In this document: in pieces, positions 25,784 to 32,000 of the stretch
Layout: every line of letters starts with the position of its first letter
Numbering within the stretch: the stretch's first letter is position 1
Source: Rhodobacter capsulatus SB 1003
Lineage (GTDB): Bacteria; Pseudomonadota; Alphaproteobacteria; Rhodobacterales; Rhodobacteraceae
DNA: 32,000 bases
NCBI RefSeq assembly: GCF_000021865.1
Contig: NC_014034.1
Location: 2,880,001 to 2,912,000, forward strand
Reading direction: 5' to 3'
Made by a program: the position numbers and the translations under genes
Notes under the pieces: generated by a model
The model's input: only the letters and a program-made list of their open reading frames with translations
Databases searched by the model: none
What the model was told of the DNA's origin: nothing

Positions 25784-27987
25784 TCCTTCGCGAGATGTGG
25801 GGGAATGTGGATCGCCAGAAGCGGAACTGCGGCAGCCTCAATCGGCCCTCGATCTGTGTAAGACAGGTCGAAGCGATGGAGCTGAATGGTCGGCCGGTCA
25901 TCCATGGCAAACGCCGAGTCGCCCGGATAGTTTCGGCCTCCACCTGCTAAACGTGTCGGACCCTGCTGGAACCCCTTCTCGAGATTTCCAAACTCGGAGA
26001 CAGTACGACGAGAACCACTTGCGTTAGGTCGCATTCGATAGACAGCCACCGCAGTGTCAGCATTACGGCGGAGCGCTTCGCCAAGCGTCACAAGCATGCC
26101 AGTAAAGTGTGCAGTGTCGCGTGGATCCTCGAGTCTGTACTCTGAAAGCATGTCAATGACCGCTGTAATCGGTACTTCCCGCGCGACGAAGTGCCTTTGG
26201 CTGTCCTCGGTCGACAGATAAGTCTGAGTGTCCTCGGAAAAGCTGAACGCCTGAGCAAAGGCTTCCAGCAGATCGGCGTTCTTAGCACGAAGCTCCTCGG
26301 AGATGAGCGCACCTTTTTGCTGGGTCCACCCACCCGCACGTGTCCCTCTAAAAAAACTGTCCGACACTACGCTTCGCCGACAGGGCTGTAGGGAACTGTC
26401 GAGGACAAAACGGCGCCGCCACTTGTTTAGGCCGCCGGGCGTGGTCTCCATCAGCTTCAACTCACGCCGCATAAGGTTCTCGTGCTCCACGTACCCCTCG
26501 AAGGCCGAACGAGTGTCAGCTTCGAGCCAGATGCGACAGATCCCTAAGTACTTGCGTTTGTATCCAAAAAAGCGCGCCCTCTGTTGAACGGTGTCGGCGT
26601 TCCCTACCCCAACGCTGCGGGGCATATATGTGACTGTCAGACGGTCCACCGTAAAGCCTCGATCGACGGCTTGCCCGCCGACCAAGATCCAGCCCTCGGA
26701 GTTGCGCCAAGTGATTTCTGGCGTTCGCGGACGGCCATTTGTGTTGAATTCGATGATGGTGGTCTGCCGGAGTGCCCTAGGCATCTTGCCGAGGACATCC
26801 TCGAACGACGGGAGATGCGCGTCTGTAGTCGCTAAATGGTCGTATGAGGCGCGGAAATCCGCGACAAGTTCAATCCTGTCAGGGTCCGCTTCCTTCAAAT
26901 TAAGCACAGTTAGCCAAGCCGACTTGGCCTCGGTTACCCACTGCACGAACTGCCTGTGGTCCGCGCGCAACCGAGACGGATGGATCAGCATAGACCGACG
27001 TAGCCCGTCGCGGATCAAGCTGCCAGCGAGGCCAACAAAGAAGACCCTCAATGCCTCCAGCATGCTCTCAGGAGGATCATTGCCTTGCGCAAACTCCTGC
27101 GGGGGGATGTTCCTGATATAAGGAGAGCCGGGAGCGAAGAACTCTTGGCCCCCAACGTAGTCCGCACCAGGCTCAAGTACCTTGGGGAAATCAGGGGATA
27201 GGACGTCGGCGATGTTGATTAGAAGAGGTGCCTGCGGTGTGGCGGTGTATTGCAGGTAGGTGTGGCAGGGTAGTGCGTCCCGGAGTTCACGCAGCTTGGT
27301 GTAGGTGGGGCTCTCGCCGCCCTGCTGGGCACGCGTGTTGAGGCTGGCCTGATCGGCCTCGTCGTCAACGACAAGAACTGGTACGCGCTTGAGGTCCAGC
27401 TTACGGAGTAGCATTGTCAGGCTTTCAAGTCGCTGCCGCTGCTTCAGCACGGTCACAATGAGCGTTGGACGTTCATCATCCTCGAGTTCATCGTTCTGCC
27501 ATGCTTCGATGGCCTGCCGGATGGATTGCTCGTCGTGAGCGTCGTTGGCCTGGACGTTCTTCTGTATCTTCCACGAAGGAAGCCCTTCACCAGCGTTGAC
27601 GTTCAGATCCTTCTCGAGCCGCTCGTGCGACTGGTTGAGGAGATTTACTTTCGTCCCAGCGATAACAATGACCAACGGGAACCCGTTGTCCCGCGCAAGC
27701 CCGATGACAGTAGTGAACGACATGGTCTTGCCGCTCTGTACATTTCCAACCACCAACCCGGTTGCTGAACCATTCGGGTTACAAGGATCAACACCACGGC
27801 CAAGAATTTCGGCTGCATCCGCAATGAGCCTTGCCTGTGATGCCGCGTCGACTCCGCTTCGCCGGACTACACCGGTCGCCTCCTCTCCCTGGACGGGCAC
27901 CCACTTCATCTGTGGATTTGGCAGGGATGCAGAAAGCGGGATTGCTTGTCCCGGGTGTGCAGCTGCGGCGTCACTGTCTTGGGTCAT
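25741..27987 (-). CDS. SF2-like P-loop NTPase with Z1-type architecture
   Basis: 748 aa. Walker A is GNVQSGKT (27724-27747) and the DEAD-like Walker B is VLVVDDEADQAS (DDEAD at 27352-27366). A large C-terminal region follows. The VQSGKT...IVIAG...N-terminal pattern and the gene neighbourhood match my recollection of Z1 domain (PF10593) proteins. The ATG overlaps the upstream stop (ATGA). Confidence 0.7.
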   Translation of the reverse strand: MTQDSDAAAAHPGQAIPLSASLPNPQMKWVPVQGEEATGVVRRSGVDAASQARLIADAAEILGRGVDPCNPNGSATGLVVGNVQSGKTMSFTTVIGLARDNGFPLVIVIAGTKVNLLNQSHERLEKDLNVNAGEGLPSWKIQKNVQANDAHDEQSIRQAIEAWQNDELEDDERPTLIVTVLKQRQRLESLTMLLRKLDLKRVPVLVVDDEADQASLNTRAQQGGESPTYTKLRELRDALPCHTYLQYTATPQAPLLINIADVLSPDFPKVLEPGADYVGGQEFFAPGSPYIRNIPPQEFAQGNDPPESMLEALRVFFVGLAGSLIRDGLRRSMLIHPSRLRADHRQFVQWVTEAKSAWLTVLNLKEADPDRIELVADFRASYDHLATTDAHLPSFEDVLGKMPRALRQTTIIEFNTNGRPRTPEITWRNSEGWILVGGQAVDRGFTVDRLTVTYMPRSVGVGNADTVQQRARFFGYKRKYLGICRIWLEADTRSAFEGYVEHENLMRRELKLMETTPGGLNKWRRRFVLDSSLQPCRRSVVSDSFFRGTRAGGWTQQKGALISEELRAKNADLLEAFAQAFSFSEDTQTYLSTEDSQRHFVAREVPITAVIDMLSEYRLEDPRDTAHFTGMLVTLGEALRRNADTAVAVYRMRPNASGSRRTVSEFGNLEKGFQQGPTRLAGGGRNYPGDSAFAMDDRPTIQLHRFDLSYTDRGPIEAAAVPLLAIHIPPHLAKEWLVQLQAGQEVQD

Positions 27988-29516
27988 GCGCGTGACAAAG
28001 CCTCTCGCAGGATTTCGTTTACGTTACGCCGGATGGTGCCAGCCAATTTCACGCCAGCTCGCCGGGCCAGTTTTTCCGAAACGGCGATCGCAGAGCCGAC
28101 TCGGATCAGAGCCTCGATGTTACTGGGGTCCGTTTGTGCAAATAGAACCATGAATGGGTGAGCCATCGCGAGACGGATCTCAAGCTTCTCCGCACCACCT
28201 TCAGAGGACTGCTGATCACTCACGGTAAGCCAATCACCTTCGGCTGGGTCATCGGAAAGTTCGATGTGAATGACCCAGACTTGCCCTCGGAATTTCACTG
28301 TTAACTCGCGCGTAGCGAGCGTCGGCTGCGGCGCCAAAGGCTCCTTTTGGGTTTCGACCGGTATGGCATCAGCGACACGTTGGAGCACATCCGGAATGGA
28401 CTCTTCGATAACCTTTGTGGTCCGATCCAGCGCCTTGCTAGCGGCGGCTGCGCGGTCAGCTTTTGCCGCCCGTGCTTGGTAATTGTCGGCCTGCTTAAGA
28501 AGGGGCAGATCAGCACTGTCTAGGTGCTCTCGGAGCAGATCGAGAAAAGGCTGCTCATCATCGTCATTCCAACGAAACCCGTCCTTTGTATGGCTCACCT
28601 CGAACCCATCGAGTTCCAATTCCCCGAAGAGGCGCAGATGGCGGAAGCTTCCTGGGAGCTGAAAGATGTGGTGGGGGCGGTAACCATCCTCACCACTTCC
28701 TTGGATTAGCCTACCACGACGGAAAAGTGCAAAACCTGAACGAGCGTGACTTCCGGGGTCGCGAAGGGCCGCAAAACCCTTCACTTTCTGACCCTGTCCG
28801 AGGTCGAACGCAATTTCCTTTCTCCAGGTTCTAGGCTTACCGCCATCTTCCCGAGCATAGGGAGTAACAAGGATGTTTGGCGGTTCGTAGACGCAGGCCT
28901 CGCCGTTGAAGCGCAGTTCGAGTGTACCATTTCTAACAAAAACGCGGTATATGTCCGTCAGGTGTTCCCGGATCTTTCCGATGGTCCTTTTCACTGGAAT
29001 GTGGTGAAGGCCCTCCAGCACGATCTCTGTGTAGTGTGCGTTCGGCGCAGCAGGTTCTTCGTGGATGTCGAGTTCCTCGATTTCGTCGTTGACGATCCGT
29101 GAAATGTCGAACTTGACGGTGCGCTCGACGGGTTCACCGACGGCCTTCGTCCGAACGCGCCAATGGCTTGAGAACCAGCATGCCGCGCTTTTCATACCCA
29201 TGCCGAATTCGCTGAGGCCCGACGCATCCAACGGGACGACTGCGGGACGGAATGCTCGCGGAAACTCTGATCCAGCGATGCCTGCTGCGTTGTCCCGGAT
29301 AGTGATCCGGCCGGGCGGCGCGGAATCGATCTCGATGGAAACCCTCAATCGTTGGGAGCCGCCGTCAGCCAAGTCCAGTCGATCACGACTAGAGAGGTGG
29401 CTTTGAATGGCATTGTCAACGAACTCGGCTAGCGCGAACCATGGCTTGTAGTTCAGGTAACGCAGAACCGCTAGAACACTCACACCAGGCCGAATATCGA
29501 CTGTATTCACCGACAA
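27984..29516 (-). CDS. GHKL-superfamily (MORC/MutL-like, HATPase_c_3-type) ATPase
   Basis: 510 aa. Bergerat-fold motifs are present: N-box EFVDNA (29409-29426), G1 IRDNAAGI (DNAAG at 29280-29294) and G2 SEFGMGMKSA. The TTG start at 29516 has AAGGGGAGG 7 nt upstream. The C-terminal roughly 300 aa carry no motif I recognise. Confidence 0.75.
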   Translation of the reverse strand: MSVNTVDIRPGVSVLAVLRYLNYKPWFALAEFVDNAIQSHLSSRDRLDLADGGSQRLRVSIEIDSAPPGRITIRDNAAGIAGSEFPRAFRPAVVPLDASGLSEFGMGMKSAACWFSSHWRVRTKAVGEPVERTVKFDISRIVNDEIEELDIHEEPAAPNAHYTEIVLEGLHHIPVKRTIGKIREHLTDIYRVFVRNGTLELRFNGEACVYEPPNILVTPYAREDGGKPRTWRKEIAFDLGQGQKVKGFAALRDPGSHARSGFALFRRGRLIQGSGEDGYRPHHIFQLPGSFRHLRLFGELELDGFEVSHTKDGFRWNDDDEQPFLDLLREHLDSADLPLLKQADNYQARAAKADRAAAASKALDRTTKVIEESIPDVLQRVADAIPVETQKEPLAPQPTLATRELTVKFRGQVWVIHIELSDDPAEGDWLTVSDQQSSEGGAEKLEIRLAMAHPFMVLFAQTDPSNIEALIRVGSAIAVSEKLARRAGVKLAGTIRRNVNEILREALSRA

Positions 29517-29548
29517 ATGGCGGCCTCCCCTTAAACGAACGCAGGCGC

Positions 29549-30904
29549 TTAGGCCGCCGATACAAGTTCCCGAGTAATTTTCTCGTCCCGGACATCACTG
29601 CCATTTGGCGGCACTTGTGAACTTTGAAGGCTTTGCCCAGGAAGTAAGGCCTCTGCAACCGCAGCGATGACATCGACATTCACAGCGTTGCCAAGTGCCT
29701 TGTGCGCGGCTGCCTGGTTTTCGGGAAGATGCTTCAACTGCCCCATGCTCTGAAGCCGAGCGCATTCGCGCATAGTCATGTATCGGCGCTCCCAAGGAAT
29801 CACGGGCACCTGACTTGTTGTTAGGGCAACAAGTGATGGTGCAGCTGTCGGTCGCTTGGCTCGAATACCTGATGCCCGAAACTGGATGACTGACTGCCAA
29901 AGGTCGCGCGGTCCACCTTTCCAGTTCCACTCGAGCTTTTGAAAGCTAGGTGCGAAGTCCATGATCCTTGGAATCCAAGGATCAATTATGGCTTTGTGCC
30001 GGAGGTAGAAATCCCTGTTCTGCCGGATGAAGTTCTTCTTCCAGTCCGGAAAATGGGAAACCTGATCTCGCGCATACGAGGGAAGTGCAGCCTTCACCGC
30101 CTCGTGCTTCAAGCCCTCAAGCGAGCGCCCCAGCGCCCCCGTAAATGCGCCCATTCGATTGAGCCCGATGGCATGGGGCGTACTATCAAGGTAAGGGTAT
30201 GTTGCGCCGAACTCCATTGCCCATATTGGGAATGATGGCAGTTGCTCGTCTTTCGGCAGAGCGTCGATGAGCGATTGCCACGTTTCAAGATATTGAATGA
30301 AGCGAGGACCGAGCGGTCGAGCCTCTTTTGGTTTCTCGTCCAGGACGCTCTTGATCGTGACTTGGTCAAGTTGGTGGGTCGGCTCAGGCCATGAAAAATG
30401 CCTTAGACCTGTCCTTGATCCAACGATAATTGCGCGCTCTCGTACTTGAGGCACACCAAACATGAATGGCGAGAGCTTTTTCTTGTCGACTTCATATCCT
30501 AGCTCTTCGAGTCGCACCTTGATTTTACCCCATGTCCTCCCGCCGTCGTGCCGCAGAAGATTAGGCACGTTCTCGATCAGCAGATAGGAAGGCTTGTGCT
30601 TGTCGAGAATTTCAAGAACGTAATTGAACAAATCACCCCACTGTGGGCAGTCAAAACCAAGTTGCTCACCTGCTTTAGAAAATGGCTGACAAGGGAAGCC
30701 AGCACATAGGATGTCGTGAGGCGGCACATCATCAATCGCTTCACGGATATCTCCGTGCGGACGAATGCCAAAGTTCTTTTCGTAGAGGTCGGCAAGCCCG
30801 CTATTGAGTTCTGAAGCGAATACACAAGTGTGTCCAAGACCCTCAAGCGCCTGATGAAAACCACCCAGGCCCGCGAAGAGATCGGCGAATTTCAAGTTTC
30901 CCAT
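29549..30904 (-). CDS. DNA (cytosine-5)-methyltransferase
   Basis: All hallmark m5C motifs are present: I DLFAGLGGF, IV GFPCQPFS (catalytic Cys72, codon at 30689-30691), VI LIENVPNL, VIII QVRERAIIVG, IX RYMTMRECARLQSM and X ALGNAVNV. About 200 aa lie between motifs VIII and IX. Confidence 0.93.
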   Translation of the reverse strand: MGNLKFADLFAGLGGFHQALEGLGHTCVFASELNSGLADLYEKNFGIRPHGDIREAIDDVPPHDILCAGFPCQPFSKAGEQLGFDCPQWGDLFNYVLEILDKHKPSYLLIENVPNLLRHDGGRTWGKIKVRLEELGYEVDKKKLSPFMFGVPQVRERAIIVGSRTGLRHFSWPEPTHQLDQVTIKSVLDEKPKEARPLGPRFIQYLETWQSLIDALPKDEQLPSFPIWAMEFGATYPYLDSTPHAIGLNRMGAFTGALGRSLEGLKHEAVKAALPSYARDQVSHFPDWKKNFIRQNRDFYLRHKAIIDPWIPRIMDFAPSFQKLEWNWKGGPRDLWQSVIQFRASGIRAKRPTAAPSLVALTTSQVPVIPWERRYMTMRECARLQSMGQLKHLPENQAAAHKALGNAVNVDVIAAVAEALLPGQSLQSSQVPPNGSDVRDEKITRELVSAA

Positions 30905-30907
30905 AGC

Positions 30908-31087
30908 TTAATTGTCCAAGGGAAGAGCGAGTTGGCGCGTGGCGTGCTTTTCCAGCAAGTCTTTAACCGCGACATTCAATATGTACTGCAAGGAGAGAGG
31001 CGGGCGGTGGCCCTCAGCCATGGCGCGCAAGGCGTCGTAGTCTTCCACCTCGAGCGAGATGGACAAACGCTTCTTTGAACTAGACAT
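30908..31087 (-). CDS. Ribbon-helix-helix (CopG-like) protein, candidate controller of the operon
   Basis: 59 aa: MSSSKKRLSISLEVEDYDALRAMAEGHRPPLSLQYILNVAVKDLLEKH... It shows a strand-helix-helix pattern. Its stop lies 3 nt before the methyltransferase ATG. The rest of track ORF 30908..31684 is Arg/Gly-rich and was rejected. Confidence 0.65.
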   Translation of the reverse strand: MSSSKKRLSISLEVEDYDALRAMAEGHRPPLSLQYILNVAVKDLLEKHATRQLALPLDN

Positions 31088-31097
31088 GCCCACACCG

Positions 31098-31121
31098 CAC
31101 CTGTTTGCACCAGAGTGCACC
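31098..31121 (-). promoter_or_regulatory. Three phased direct repeats (candidate RHH operator)
   Basis: The minus strand reads GGTGCA-ctct-GGTGCA-aaca-GGTGCG with 10-bp periodicity. The repeats end 10 nt upstream of the RHH ATG. A TCGACA hexamer (31140-31135) lies 13 nt upstream of the first repeat. Confidence 0.4.
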
Positions 31122-31227
31122 AAAATGGCCGTCTTGTCGATCCTTGATTGCCCTCCCATGACCAAACCCCGAGAGCAACATCCCTTCCAACGAGGGCATC
31201 GTTCATCAGCCATACGGAGCCAGTTCC

Positions 31228-31611
31228 TCATCCAAGTTGCTCCTGCTGTTCGAGCCATTCCATGGGGAACGGCTTCAGCGCCCGTTCCAGCGACACATCC
31301 CGCCCCTGCGTCCCGCAAACTATCGCTTCCACGATGTCGGGCGAGAGCAGTGTCAGGCGCAGGATGCGGGTCATGTAGGACTGTGCGATGCCCTCGCGCT
31401 TGGCCAGTTCGGCGATGGTGGCGTACTCGCCCGACTCCAGCAGGCGCTTCCAGCGGAACGCCCGCGCCAGCGCCTTGACCAGTGTATTGTCCGTCCGGCG
31501 TGGCGGCGATGCACCGTTCGGCAGTTGCATTTCTTTCCGCCCGCCGCGCTTCACGACGCGGAACGGTACGTGGAGCGTCACCGTCTCGGGGATCGGAGCC
31601 GCGCGGGTCAT
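31228..31611 (-). CDS. Small HTH-containing protein translationally coupled to the serine recombinase
   Basis: ORF trimmed to the ATG at 31611, which overlaps the recombinase stop (ATGA). It is 127 aa with an HTH-like segment, ATIAELAKREGIAQSYMTRILRLTLLSPDIVEAIV. The function is unknown. Confidence 0.55.
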   Translation of the reverse strand: MTRAAPIPETVTLHVPFRVVKRGGRKEMQLPNGASPPRRTDNTLVKALARAFRWKRLLESGEYATIAELAKREGIAQSYMTRILRLTLLSPDIVEAIVCGTQGRDVSLERALKPFPMEWLEQQEQLG

Positions 31612-32000
31612 GCGGCTTCCCCAATGCCCCCGGCCAGCATCTCGCGAGCCAGACCTCCGAGCCCATCGACGCGCAGTCGGACATTCAGACCATCTATGCC
31701 GATTTCGACGCGCTCGACCAGCAGCGCTACGATGCGAGCCTGTTCGGCGGGGAAGAGTTCGTCCCACAGCGGGTCGAACTTTTGCAGGGCCTCGCGGGCG
31801 TCGGTCTCTGTGATATCGGCAGCCTGCGTTCGCGCGGCTTTCCAGGTGCCCGCGACGATCTCGGGTTGGTGGAACGCGGCGCGGAGCCGGTTGATCACGG
31901 CCGCTTCGACCTCGCCTGCGGGCACGCGGCCGACCGGGCAGGATCCTGCGCCATGCTTCAGCACCGTCTGGCTGACATAGTAGCGATAGAGTCGCCCACC
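31608..32000 (-). CDS. Large serine recombinase, C-terminal part (N-terminus outside window)
   Basis: The frame is open to the window edge. It reads GGRLYRYYVSQTVLKHGAGSCPVGRVPAGEVEAAVI (recombinase zinc-ribbon pattern), then the coiled-coil tail ...FDPLWDELFPAEQARIVALLVERVEIGIDGLNVRLRVDGL. This is typical of alphaproteobacterial large serine recombinases. Confidence 0.75.
   Translation of the reverse strand, partial: GGRLYRYYVSQTVLKHGAGSCPVGRVPAGEVEAAVINRLRAAFHQPEIVAGTWKAARTQAADITETDAREALQKFDPLWDELFPAEQARIVALLVERVEIGIDGLNVRLRVDGLGGLAREMLAGGIGEAA

Larger units (their letters stand above)
24540..32000. mobile_element. Lower-GC genomic island adjacent to tRNA-Ser(GCU), partial (continues beyond the window)
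   Basis: The sequence shifts abruptly from GC-rich to mixed or AT-containing composition from about 24540, for example TTATCTAATTGATTTTATTTGAGATTTC at 24577-24604. The cargo is a methyltransferase-linked operon (24764-31087). A small HTH gene and a large serine recombinase lie at 31228-32000 with intermediate GC. No att repeats could be identified inside the window. Confidence 0.7.

Noticed and set aside
30908-31087. Reading the 59-aa RHH protein as the antitoxin of a toxin-antitoxin pair
   Set aside because: The gene immediately downstream is a complete m5C methyltransferase, not a toxin family member. A controller or repressor role fits the context better, although neither role is proven.
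24403-31100. A vsr gene or a tyrosine integrase accompanying the methyltransferase and tRNA
   Set aside because: No ORF in the island has the size or motifs of either. Their absence is noted in the findings, and no such feature is called.
31088-31684. N-terminal extension of ORF 30908..31684 upstream of the RHH start
   Set aside because: It is Arg/Gly/Ala-rich and overlaps the small HTH gene in another frame. The compact 59-aa RHH with its own ATG is the coherent unit.

Overview
This is a high-GC (roughly high-60s % by eye) alphaproteobacterial, Rhodobacterales-like chromosomal window. About 24.4 kb of ordinary core genes is followed by a lower-GC accessory island next to tRNA-Ser(GCU).

Core genes:
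- Minus-strand envelope cluster lptF-lptG-lptD-surA-pdxA-rsmA, divergent from pepA-holC.
- A TPP-riboswitch-controlled thiBPQ thiamine importer.
- Two tandem I78-type lipoproteins.
- Class II cytochrome c, a DUF2794 protein, and an NlpC/P60 peptidase coupled to a second M17 aminopeptidase.
- Beta-carbonic anhydrase, an RHH protein, a DUF4139 protein, asd, an MFS transporter and a LysE exporter.

Accessory island: GC drops visibly from about 24540. A tightly packed five-gene minus-strand operon follows:
1. a small RHH (CopG-like) protein;
2. a C5 cytosine DNA methyltransferase;
3. a GHKL/MORC-like ATPase;
4. an SF2-like P-loop protein with Z1-type architecture;
5. a PD-(D/E)XK-motif protein.

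The operon is flanked by a small HTH protein and the C-terminus of a large serine recombinase, which runs off the window.

This methyltransferase-linked GHKL + Z1 + nuclease module is the most interesting content. As far as I know it has only been predicted by comparative genomics and has not been characterised experimentally as a restriction or defence system.

Many very long Arg/Pro/Gly/Ala-rich ORFs in the six-frame track are antisense or off-frame artefacts of the high GC content and were rejected.
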